Source: Macrostomum lignano (Eukaryota). Taken from it: 64,000 nt of DNA. Numbering within the stretch: position 1 is the first letter of the stretch; every line of letters starts with the position of its first letter. Location of the stretch: positions 620,001-684,000 of the forward strand of contig NIVC01000309.1 of assembly GCA_002269645.1 (NCBI GenBank), given 5' to 3'. Both the position numbers and the translations under genes were made by a program. The notes beneath the pieces are model-generated. The model did not search any database. It saw nothing but the letters and a program-made list of their open reading frames with translations, and had not been told where the DNA came from. Shown one piece after another: positions 40,595-61,197 of this stretch.

Positions 40595-41858
40595 ATCGCG
40601 GCTAAATGTTTGCCGTATAAAGATAATCTGAATTACATGTAAGTGGCTGTAGAGTGCAGTTTTTTTCAAACTCAGACGAAAAACTATATTTTACTTTTTA
40701 GGGTGCGTTCAAGCAGCTTAAATTACGAGCTTACTTAGCATATTTAAATTTACAATCTAACTTCTGTCAGTAAAACAAATTTAATTCAGTTGCACCATTA
40801 AAACAAATTATGCATAATAACTTATAGTTTGCAAAAAGTTTTAATAAAAAGGTAGAAAAAATTTCCAACCTTAGTTAAATGTATTTTACATAAAGGATGA
40901 ACTTAATAATAGAGTAATGAGTTTAACTATCTTAAAGTGTATATTACGTAATCAAAACGTAAAAATTTGCGTAACATGTACATTACGCAATATACAAACT
41001 TAATTATAAATCTGTATTCATAATTCATATAATATAATATTCTGTACTACTTACAATTAATATAATACTGTGTAGTAACTACAAACAATTAAATTTTACG
41101 AACATTGATAAACTGTTGTTACCGGTTATCGTGCTTAACCGTAGTAAAAATGTTTTACTGATGCAAACATTAGATGTACCTTTTTAATCATTCTAAGCTC
41201 GTCTTAAGCTACTTAAACGCACCATTTATTTTGAGTTATTTTTTTATTTCTATGCATTGTGTCCGCGTATTTGACATTCAATTTTTTATTTCAAAACTTT
41301 GCAGCGACTTTTGTACAATTATTTTAAGGGCGATTATTCTCAAAAAATTAAGAGATACAAATGCTCAAACAGTTTCTGCACCTTCAGATTCTATCAAACT
41401 TGAAATGTTACTTTGGCTTTTACAGTGAGGAATATTTAGCAATGTCTGTGTCAAAAAAAACATATTTATGGTGCTCATTCAACTTCACTGTAAAATCTGT
41501 GATACTAAAAACTTTGTATTTTACCTGTTTGCAACATTTGTGTGCTTTAACAAACAACTTCCAACAACTCCCTTGACATTGGGACTAATTGCACCTAAAT
41601 TATTTATAACTTATATTTAAGTCTGCACGAGAATTAGCTCCTGTAATTGATGCCGATTGTTGTTTTATTATAAGCAAAATATATGCGCAAATATACTACT
41701 AATTGTTTAAACTGTTTATACTATTAAAACAAACCTTTGACAGGATCAGAAAATTTAAATTGATTTGAAACAAATATTTGATTTATTTTTATGTTTTATT
41801 TAAATTTGTATTGATACATAGTTAATTCTTTGAATGTGCACACACTGATTCATGAATA

Positions 41859-42074
41859 CACCTTTTCACGTTTAATTTTGATCAAAGTCCAGTTCTAAAA
41901 AAACTAGCGGAAATTCAATTCAGACAATTTAGCCTGGGGCCCAGTCCAACCCCAGTTCAAAACATTCTAACCGAAGTAAGGTTTAGCCATAGACAAAATT
42001 ATCCTCACTCTGAATTGAATTTCCGCTAGTTTTTTTATAACTGAACTTTGATCAAAATTGAACGTGAAAAGGTG
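41859..42074. mobile_element. Tc1/mariner-type MITE with ~66-bp TIRs and TA target duplication
   Basis: TA|CACCTTTTCACGTTTAATTTTGATCAAAG...GCGGAAATTCAATTCAGA and TCTGAATTGAATTTCCGC...CTTTGATCAAAATTGAACGTGAAAAGGTG|TA. Confidence 0.85.
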
Positions 42075-42602
42075 TAATACATGTAGTCACGAATAGAATT
42101 GTACCTTATAAAAATGAATCGATTATGCAATCAAATTACGTAACACGTAAATAGCACTTACAATTTCGGATACTATGCATATACATGCAAAAAATAGGCT
42201 TTTAGAAAATCGTTCAGATAGGGAAAGATTAAATATACAATAACTATTTCACATTTAAAGCACGTGTAAACTTATACTGCTTTATAATAGCTATGCTGTA
42301 ACTACTTTTACGTAATCATAAGCCACAGAAATAAAATCTGTTTAACTGATGGGAACATTGAATGAAGTATATGCTCAAAAAGTTTATGACGAGAAAGCTA
42401 ATTTTTAAAACGCCGCAAGTAAGATTTTTTATTAAGCAATATGATTTGCAAGAAATTGAATAAGGTAAATTACTAGCAGTAGCACCTTGAATAGTAAAAC
42501 GATTCTATAGCTCTCTGACGCTAAGACAAAAAGTTGGTTATGTTTTTAGGCAATTCAGATTTACATGTATATACTTTAAATATATTAATCCACAATCTTT
42601 AT

Positions 42603-51240
<8,638 letters not shown>

Positions 51241-51585
51241 CTATGTGCATGCACCAGCGAAGTGGACTACAAAGTAGATCCACAGCAGGGCAATACTGAT
51301 CAGTCAGTGATACAATATTTAGCCGCAATTAATGCTCAAAATATTTAATCATTTCCAAAGATAAATTTGTAAACTTTATATGCCCGCAATTAGAATTAAC
51401 CCGCAATCTAAGAATTAACAAATTTATGACAATTTTAGATACAGAATGTTAAATTTACCATTTGGCGCACTGAAAACAATAACTGGCATGCAAGGCTTGA
51501 TAGACGGAGGGTCTTTATTCTAATTGAATTTATGCATTCATAACATCGTGAGATTCTGGATTTAGAGCCCTAAGTGCCGCGGGCT

Positions 51586-51900
51586 GAGGTCAGTAACTGT
51601 CTAGAGATTTAGGTCAGTAACTGTCTAGAGATTTAGGTCAGTAACTGTCTAGAGATTTAGGTCAGTAACTGTCTAGAGATTTAGGTCAGTAACTGTCTAG
51701 AGATTTAGGTCAGTAACTGTCTAGAGATTTTGGTCAGTAACTGTCTAGATGTTTAGGTCAGTAACTGTCTAGAGATTTAGGTCAGTAACTGTCTAGAGAT
51801 TTAGGTCAGTAACTGTCTAGATGTTTAGGTCAGTAACTGTTTAGAGATTTAGGTCGGTAACTGTCTAGAGATTTTGGTCAGTAACTGTGAAGATATTTAG
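51586..51900. repeat. 24-bp tandem repeat GGTCAGTAACTGTCTAGAGATTTA
   Basis: About 12 copies read directly. Confidence 0.9.
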
Positions 51901-52285
51901 TTCATGACTGAATGAAGATCTAGAGATTTGACCCTGAATTTCGACCCAGTCGAAAAGCCGCAATTTTAAATTTTTGAGAATTCTGTAAATAATTTTTGAA
52001 ATAACTGAAATTAATGAGCAGCAAAAGCAATAAATTTATGAGTCCTGACACAGGAGAGCAACTGCTCGTAAACTTTAAAACGGACAAAAATAGTTTTTAA
52101 GGATTTAGAAAATTTATTATTAACGATATGTAATCAATATTTACAGTTAAAGGTTAGTATACGCTTTAACTAATGAATAGTAAAAGAATATTATTGTAAG
52201 TTACATAGATACTTGGATGCATATATTCACGCACAACGACCAGATATCACAAATAGCTAATAACTATGTTCATCTCTGGGTGGGC

Positions 52286-52478
52286 AATGTGCACTCCGCC
52301 GCAGGAAAATCCGTGGAAATTCCGTGGGCCCGGGGGTTGAACGGGCGCCTACAAAGTGATTGATTGCATTGAGAACCACGCCGCAGGGAAAACCGCGGAA
52401 ATGCCACGGTTCTCTAGCTAGAGTACGTAGCTTAAATGAAGGAATTTCCACGGATTTTCCGGCCGCGGTGTGTACATT
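52286..52478. mobile_element. Small MITE-like inverted-repeat element
   Basis: AATGTGCACTCCGCCGCAGGAAAATCCGTGGAAATTCC ... GGAATTTCCACGGATTTTCCGGCCGCGGTGTGTACATT. Confidence 0.7.
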
Positions 52479-53675
52479 ATCCTATAAAACTTATTGATTT
52501 GATAAAACACATCACAGCTACAGAAGGGGGCTAAATACACTAGCAGCTACAAATCGATAAAATCCAACAGACACAGCCAGTGACTCAGTGATAATTGAGA
52601 CGGAATTTGAGCACATCTAAATTAAACACAATAATTATAGTAACCTTGATAAGGAAGTTATAAACCAATAATTAATAAATCTTGACACCAAACAGGTAAA
52701 CTAGACGTAAAATTTGTATCAACTAAGCAAGCAATAAATATAGAATTAATGCCCAATTTGGATCACAGAAATGATAAAGCAACCGCACGAAGGTTAAAAG
52801 CAGGGGTGGATATCTGCAGAAGCGCTCAAAGACAAAATATCATACATAAGTAAATAAATAAATAAAGGTGAAATGGAATGCCCGCAAAGGATTGGTTAGA
52901 AGAGCACTGCAGATTGATCTGATTATCAACAGATTTTTGTATAAATAAACAAACAAACAAACATTTCATGGACCTGTGATTAAAGAAGTAGTGTGTTAGA
53001 AAATTCTGCTAACTAAATAAAAACAAGTATACATTATATGCAGACACAGGTAGAAATTTTCGGAACCAAATATGATTTAGCAAAATCGTATCACAGGTAA
53101 CTAAAATCAGGGACAGAGCTTGCTGCGACCCGCATTTATAAAAAAACTTAACACGTACTGCTTTGGCAATAAAATAAACTAATTAGGCAATAAATTCCGA
53201 AAATGTTCAATCTGCACTACTCATGTAGCGCAACAAAAAGTAGTAGTATTTACCGATTTACTAGTTAAAAAAATTAGTGCGATCAGTTAATAAAAAGTGA
53301 GTTTTTTCTGTTTAATTAGGGATGTTAAAAAATCGGTTCAATGTCACAAGAAAAAGTCGACAGTGATAAAACTGATGATGCGGCCGGTTGCTTTCTAAGA
53401 AAAAAGTTTGTTTAATCTCTTGGAATGGAGTCGGATTAATATGGCTATACGACTCTGTTATGTCACATTATGCCCAAGAATACGAAGATTTCATCGGACG
53501 ATAGCATTGGAAATAATGTTATGAATAAAAAGTAAAATATTTATACCGTCAATTAAAATGCCACCGGCATTGGTAGAAAGATTTCTATTCGCTAAAATTA
53601 ATCGCAACTTGCAATAGCCAGCAGAATCAGAGATGGATCTATTAACCCATTGTGAACTTTAACAGCTGGTGCTAT

Positions 53676-53727
<52 letters not shown>

Positions 53728-53829
53728 TTTTCAAATAATAATCCGCATATTTCCTGTGTCGTGTCAATCTATTATCTATAAATCTTTGCAATCTTTTTGT
53801 TTGTATAATCTACAAATATCTGACAATCA

Positions 53830-54340
53830 ATTAACCTGCCAATAAATCAACCAAACTACCTGCAAATAAAATTCATCGATTTACCTGCCTATCAATCAAT
53901 CTATTTGCCAATAAATTAATCAATTTAACTGCCAATCAACCAATCAATCAAGTAATCGATTTACCTGCCAATCAATAAATCGATCTACCTGCCAATCAAT
54001 AAATCGATCTACCTGCCAATCAATAAATCAATCAATCTACAAGCCTATACATCAATGAATCTAGCTGTCTATCAATAAATCAATCAATCTACCAGCCTAT
54101 AAATCAATCAATCTACCTGTCGATCAATAAATCAATCAATCTACCTGTCGATCAATAAATCAATCAATCTACCTGTCGATCAATAAATCAATCAATCTAC
54201 CGGCCTGCCTATCAATCAATCAATTAGTCAAACAGTCGATCAATCAATAAATCAATAAATCAATCTACCTGCCAATATATCAATCAATCAATCAATCTAC
54301 CTGCCAATAAATAAATCAATCAATAAATCAATCTACCTAC
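53830..54340. repeat. Degenerate (ATCA)n/ATCTACCTGCC low-complexity repeat, preceded by (AAT)n at ~53679-53728
   Basis: Read directly. Confidence 0.75.
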
Positions 54341-54436
54341 ATACAAACACATACATAAACCTAACAAGGACCCAGTAGACAATAAATTATCTATCAATAG
54401 ATCTATCTAATCCAGTTGACAAAGCAACACTCCCAG

Positions 54437-57400
54437 TCAGACACCCCGATGATCGAATGCCCGGTTCAAGTAGCCCGACCGCTGATGCTGGTGTTGGTCG
54501 AACTCGCCTCGATGCAGGCCGCCCTGCTGCCAATAATAATAATTATCGCTGCCGGAAAAGTGCACCCGGTCCAGCTCAGAGCCCTGATGCCGCGTGACCT
54601 GTCTCGAACCGTTTTGAGGCCCCGTTGGCAGACCAGCAGTCGTTGCCGAGGTTGTTGTCATGGCAACGGCGTCCGTCTGCTCCTGTTAATTTTGTTTAAA
54701 TTATGTGTCAAACTTATTTAAAAAAGTTAAAAAAGTTAAAAAGTTAAAAAAGTTGTGCATAAAATCTGGTTATTAGTATTTGATAAATTTTTGCTTCAAA
54801 AGCGATAATTTCAATAAGATCTCTGGCAGATTACTGATTTAACTATTATTTAAAGTAGCAAAACGAATTTTAACCTCAAATTTCTGTCGGCCTTTCATCA
54901 AGCTGAAGTGGGTGCTGGAATTTTAAATTTATGATGAATTTTTATTTTGGCTTGTTTCTTGCTGAGTTCAAATGAGCATTTTGGGAGGCAAACGGGTTTT
55001 GTAAGGCACTTGTTTGAGATGGCGCGCTAAGAGACTGCGGGCGTAATTTACTAGGGTAGTTTAGGGCGATTTCTATGGTAGTTTAGGGCGATTTCTAGGG
55101 TAGTTTAGGGTGATTCCCTAGGGTACAAGTACTTTAGGGCGATTCCCTAGGGTACATGTACTTTAGGGCGATTCCCTAGGGTACATGTACTTTAGGGCGA
55201 TTCCCTAGGGTACATGTACTTTAGGGCGATTCCCTAGGGTACAAGTACTTTAGGGCGATTCCCTAGGGTACATGTACTTTAGGGCGATTCCCTAGGGTAC
55301 ATGTACTTTAGGGCGATTCCCTAGGGTACATGTACTTTAGGGCGATTCGTTAGGGACGAGTTTATGACGATTTTCTATGGTAGTTTAGGGCGCTTTTCTA
55401 AGGTGGTTTAAGGCCGATTTTTAAGGTAGTTTATTGGGTATCTATTCTCAAATGTACAGCTAATTACATGTAGATATTCAAGCAATTCAATCATATGTTA
55501 GAAATTTTGTACTTTGTACTTTTCACGCAACCGCAAACTTTGGCCCAATCTGTGCAATTTAAACTGCCGAATTTCTGCTAAGAAAAATTCTAAATTCATC
55601 AACAAATGCATTGAGATTATAAATTAGCAATTTGGGAAATTTTTCGCTAAACGCGCCTTACTGATGCAAACTACTGTTAGTAGGTGAAATGCAAATAGTC
55701 GCACTAATTTATGCTTTCTTAACAGTGCAACAGCACGGGCTCCTCTTCAATAGAGTTGCCTCGGCCATAAATTATGCCAGACTCTGAACTGGCAGCTTCA
55801 TCAATATCCCAGCTTTTCTGTTGCCGCTGCGAGTGACTCTGCTGATGCATTGAATTTGCATAGTAATAAAATTATTAGTGTTAACATAATTAGGAATACA
55901 ATCAGTTTTTAATACCACAGAACTACTCCATTCGTTTCTTAGAAAATCTTTACATTATTAATTATCATGATGGTATTAAATATACTCACAAAACTTTGGC
56001 TCTGTGTCCGAAAATTTGAGTTAGAAGCCTTTTAGGATGTTAAAAAAGACATTCAGTAAAATTTAGTAAAGGATTAGTGGGCTGTCAAAAAAACTTAAGT
56101 AGCAGCAAGAGTTTAGTGTATTAAAAATGGCATACAGGTGTACTTTAACGCCAGTATACCTTCGGAATGAATAGCAAAGCGACTAACGCCGAGGTCAGGG
56201 TGGCCAGCGTTGCTATGCTGAAAGCGCGTTGGTTAATAGTGCAGACAATTAACAGGTAAGAGTGGCGCTAGTTAGTGCTAGTGGGTATGAGAGACACAGA
56301 GGGATCTAGACACGAGAGACACCAGGGGGATGTAGACACGAGAGACACCAGGGGGATCTAGACACGAGAGACACCAGGGGGATCTAGACACGAGAGACAC
56401 CAGGGGGATGTAGACACGGAAGACACCAGGGGGATCTAGACACGAGAGACACCAGGGGGATCTAGACACGAGAGACACCAGGGGGATCTAGACACGAGAG
56501 ACACCAGGGGGATCTAGACACGAGAGACACCAGGGGGATCTAGACACGATAGACACCAGGGGGATCTAGACACGATAGACACCAGGGGGATCTAGACACG
56601 AGAGACACCAGGGGGATCTAGACACGAGAGACACCAGGGGCATCTAGACACGGGAGACACCAGGGGGATCTAGACACGAGAGACACCAGGGGGATCTAGA
56701 CACGGGAGACACCAGGGGGATCTAGACACGGGAGACACCAGGGGGTTCTAGACACGATAGACACCAGGGGATCTAGAGACGGGAGACAGCAGGGGGATCT
56801 AGACACGCGAGATACCAGGGGGATCTAGACACGAGAGACGCCCCAGAGTAGTTTTAGAGTGGTTGCAGGTAACACAGGTAAAATAGGAAAGAAGTTAATC
56901 TATACGACTCTAAAATGACGAGATGTCACTGTACAAGTCGCCAAAAAGTTGTCAAAGAGCATTTTTGAGACGTTTTATTGTCTGCTAGATGGGCCACTCA
57001 GGCACATACCTAGTAAAACAGCTTTCTTCTACTTTCAGTTCAGTAGCAATGAAGAATACATAAGCTATTTTAAGATAATAAAGGCAGCTGAAATGACTTT
57101 GATAAGTTTAGAAGCCCAAGCTTAACAGTAGGATGGAAACAACCGAGGAAGTTAATAATAGTTAGGGCGGCAAGGCGGTGGTAGAGGTTCTGTGTGGATG
57201 TGGAGTTTGAGGGTTTAAGCTTGGGAGGGGGTAAGAGCCAATAAATAAAAAATACATTAAAATGCTTCAGTTTAACTTACTACTGAACTGAAAGTAGCTT
57301 ACACGCAAATGTGCTGAGTGGCCCATTTAGTTATTCAAGTGTCTGTGGACACAACAAAATGACTCCGTCGCATTTACAGTCGTTTGCGTCATTAAAAAGT

Positions 57401-57881
57401 CACAAGAGTCGCTAGAGCCACTAGTGAGTCACTAGGGAACCAGCATTCCCACATGAAAAATCCCATCAGCCCAGCATTGCTACCCATGCGCTAAAAAGCT
57501 TACCGGCATGTCAGCCTCGGGCACCTGCAGCTCCTTCATGCTGGCCTTGTTGCGCGAGTCGTGCAGACACTTCAACAGCAGGTCGGGTGTCAGCGACACG
57601 GCAGTCAGTACCAGCATAATCAACCAGCTGACTGGCTGCTTGTTAATATCGAAATACACCCACAGAAAATTATTGAAAGCGAAAAAATTTACTCCGATTA
57701 TGTTGTACACGGACATGACTAGGATAAAGCCGACCACGGTGACCACCAGGCCAATAAGGGTCGGCACATTGATGCTGTACGTCACCAGCACAAGGCGAAG
57801 CGTGACACAGATCATCACGCACTGGACTACTAGGGCGCCGAACTCGAACACGCCGTAGTTGAAGGTGGCGTTGATGCCCAT
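54437..57881 (-). CDS. ATP11: P4-ATPase phospholipid flippase (ATP11-like), 3' exons only
   Basis: Exon 57881-57504 (CAG|ATG ... CCG|GTAAGC) encodes FGALVVQCVMICVTLRLVL...VSWLIMLVLTAVSLTPDLLLK, the C-terminal TM region of P4-ATPases. In-phase terminal exon 54682-54437 (EQTDAV...HRGV*). The subfamily call is by recollection; upstream exons lie beyond the window. Confidence 0.75.
55055..55330. repeat. 29-bp repeat TTTAGGGCGATTCCCTAGGGTACATGTAC
   Basis: About 8 copies read directly. Confidence 0.85.
56290..56840 (+). repeat. 26-bp minisatellite GGGATCTAGACACGAGAGACACCAGG
   Basis: About 21 copies read directly. Confidence 0.95.
56987..57330. mobile_element. Degenerate inverted-repeat element (MITE-like)
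   Basis: GGGCCACTCAGGCACAT/ATGTGCTGAGTGGCCC and CTACTTTCAGTTCAGTAG/CTACTGAACTGAAAGTAG are nested inverted pairs. Confidence 0.5.
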
Positions 57882-57911
57882 CTGTGAGTAAATTGGGTTG
57901 GGTTGCGGAGA

Positions 57912-59200
57912 GTCTAGATCCCATTGTGTCTAGATCCCATTGTGTCTAGATCCCATTGTGTCTAGATCCCATTGTGTCTAGATCCCATTGTGTCTAGATC
58001 CCACTGTGTCTAGATCCCACTGTGTCTAGATCCCATTGTGTCTAGATCCCATTGTGTCTAGATCCCATTGTGTCTAGATCCCACTGTGTCTAGATCCCAT
58101 TGTGTCAAGATCCCACTGTGTCTAGATCCCATTGTGTCTAGATCCCATTGTGTCTAGATCCCATTGTGTCTAGATCCCATTGTGTCTAGATCCCATTGTG
58201 TTTAGATCCCATTGTGTCTAGATCCCATTGTGTCTAGATCCCATTGTGTCTAGATCCCATTGTGTCTAGATCCCATTGTGTCTAGTAGATCCCATTGTGT
58301 CTAGATTCCACTGTGTCAAGATCCCACTGTGTCTAGATCCTATTGTGTCTAGATCCCATTGTGTCTAGATCCCATTGTGTCTAGATCCCATTGTGTCTAG
58401 ATCCCATTGTGTCTAGATCCCATTGTGTCTAGATCCCACTGTGTCTAGATCCCACTGTGTCTAGATCCCACTGTGTCTAGATCCCACTGTGTCTAGATCC
58501 CATTGTGTCTAGATCCCATTGTGTCTAGATCCCACTGTGTCTAGATCCCATTGTGTCAAGATCCCACTGTGTCTAGATCCCATTGTGTCTAGATCCCATT
58601 GTGTCTAGATCCCATTGTGTCTAGATCCCACTGTGTCTAGATCCCATTGTGTCTAGATCCTACTGTGTCTAGATCCCATTGTGTCTAGATCCCATTGTGT
58701 CTAGATCCCATTGTGTCTAGATCCCATTGTGTCTAGATCCCATTGTGTCTAGATCCAATTGTGTCTAGATCCAATTGTGTCTAGATCCAATTGTGTCTAG
58801 ATCCCATTGTGTCTAGATCCAATTGTGTCTAGATCCCATTGTGTCTAGATCCTACTGTGTCTAGATCCTACTGTGTCTAGATCCCACTGTGTCTAGATCC
58901 CACTGTGTCTAGATCCCACTGTGTCTAGATCCCATTGTGTCTAGTAGATCCCATTGTGTCTAGATCCCATTGTGTCTAGATCCCATTGTGTCTAGATCCA
59001 ATTGTGTCTAGATCCCATTGTGTCTAGATCCCATTGTGTCTAGATCCAATTGTGTCTAGATCCCATTGTGTCTAGATCCTACTGTGTCTAGATCCCACTG
59101 TGTCTAGATTCCATTGTGTCTAGATCCCATTGTGTCTAGTAGATCCCATTGTGTCTAGATCCCATTGTGTCTAGATCCAATTGTGTCTAGATCCCATTGT
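57912..59200 (+). repeat. 16-bp minisatellite TCTAGATCCCATTGTG
   Basis: About 80 copies read directly. Confidence 0.95.
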
Positions 59201-59677
59201 GGCCGGGGCTGTTGCCCCCAGGACCCCGGGTCCTGCACGTAATGGCGTGGTGAACTATCTGTGCAGTATGAGACTGGTATGGCCTTTATCCCAGCCAGCG
59301 ATGCTCACACCTGCCTCCCCTGGCGGGCTGATAGCTCAAGAGACTCTGTCTCCTGGTTTTCACCTTGCAAGGCGCACTTCGAAGGGTACTCGTCCCGTGG
59401 GTGTTAAGGCAGGCCCCCTTGGGCCCTGCCGAGCTGATTCGTTGGCGCCGGGTCCTGGTGTGACCATAAACGCACCCTCTAATGTCCCAGTGTAACTCCG
59501 TGCTGATGGACGCTTGGCCAGGGAGTAGTCTGGTCGCTAACGGTTCCCCTTGCGCTTTTGGGTCCCCCCGCAGGGTGGTATTTTGCTTTTTGGGGGCCTG
59601 CCGCTTGGTTTGGGGTTGCGGCCTTGCGGCTCTTTGCCTGTGTTCTGCAGGAAGTCCCACCTTTTTACTTCCAGCCA

Positions 59678-61197
59678 ATGGCTTCTAACCGAAGTAACAA
59701 ACCGGCTGTGGATGACACAGTGCCTCCGGCCTCGGCTGGGGCCGTGGACTCCTCGGCCATACCACCTGCTACCATCGGGGACGCCTCGGCGAGACCCGTG
59801 GAGCCAACTCTGAGCGGTGCCTCCGAGAAGACACCTGCTACTCCAGCTGCTAAGAAACGCAGCACCACCTCTGGAGCTGCCCGCCGTCGACTTAACAAGG
59901 CGAGGCGGGCCAAGGAGGGCGGAAGCCAAACCGGTGCCAGGGGCCAACGGCCCGCGGCAGCGGAAGCTTCCCAGTCTGGGGCGGTGGCGGAAGAGGGCCT
60001 CGAGCCCACGGAAGCCCCTGCCCAGGATAGGGAGGCCGATGCAGCCGGGAGGGTGGACAGCCCACCTGAAGAAAGCTCCACTGACCCCCGGGCCTCCTAC
60101 GCTGATGCGGCAAAGAGGCAACCGGCGGTTGTCATCCTGGGAAAGGACGCGCGCCTGTCTCCCGATCAGCTGAAGCAGGTGAGAAGTGCCGTTGATGGCC
60201 TCCTGTGGAAGCAAACTCTGAAGGGCACGCCTCTGAACATTCATTCGAATGCGACGAGGGACTCGTGCCTTCTCATTTGGCCCAGTGATGCTGACTCGGG
60301 TCGGCGGCTCCTTGAGCTGCTGCCCGAGCAGAGCTGGGACCTCAACCTAGCCTTCTGCAGAGAGGACGAGCGCCCCCGGACCAAGAGGCATCGAATCTGG
60401 GTCCCGGCCAGGAGCGTTGTTACCTCTGCTGACGAGCTCCGGAAAGGACTGCTAGCAGTCAACCGGGAGCTTCCCGCCGCGGGCCTAGTGGTGCATGACA
60501 CCCTTAAGCGCACCGACGGCACTGGCTTCACAGCCATCCTGGGGCTGTCGGACGCCTGGATGAGGCGTTATCCACACGGCAGCTTCATCAACGTCGGCCT
60601 TTGGAAGCTGCGCATCCGCTCCTACGAGGCCGACCCTCCCGTGGCAGTGAGCAGGGCGGGCGGGATGCGGAGGCGGCCGGGGCCGAGGCGCAAGCCTCTG
60701 CTCAGACTGCCAAAGCAAACCGCCCTGCCCGGCAGCACGGCCGCGCGGGCAAAGCTGAGCGCGCTGCTGAGGGCGGAGGCGACCGACGCCCGGCGCGCAG
60801 CACCAAGCGGCGCGGCCTGTACCAGCGTGCAGCTGAGGCAGTCCGTACCGCCAAAATCTCCCAGCTGAGGCGAGAGGTCGCCGGGACGCCTAGGCGCACC
60901 AGTTCGTCCAGGGAGGGTGGGGACGTCCCAGCTGGGCCCAACCCCTCGGGGCAGGGCCGACTGGAGACGGACCCGCCTGCCCAGGCGGCTGGCTGCTCCA
61001 GGGCATTGGGCCAATCTGAGGCGGAGGACCCCATGGATGGTGGGCAAAGGGCGGCGAACGCTGCCTACTGCCTTCCGGCCAATCGGGGGCCTTTTGCTGA
61101 AGAAGAGCCCATGGACACCGGCGACCCCGACCCGAAGCCGGTGAGCGCCGAGGAGGAGGAGGAACTCCTGGCGGCTGCAACATCCGATCTGCAATGA
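59678..61197 (+). CDS. LINE ORF1 (DUF4780-like, no CCHC knuckle), with one apparent -1 frameshift at ~60630
   Basis: MASNRSNKP...KLRIRSY in one frame; the acidic/low-complexity tail continues in the -1 frame to TGA 61197. Confidence 0.75.

Noticed and set aside
51586-51900. Regularly spaced 24-51-bp repeats here and at 15456-15800 as CRISPR-like arrays
   Set aside because: Contiguous tandem units with no unique spacers, in a eukaryotic context without cas genes.
54437-54661. ORF MTTTSATT... as the first exon of the TRP gene
   Set aside because: It ends in a stop without a good donor and is in phase with the flippase donor, so it was assigned as the flippase last exon.
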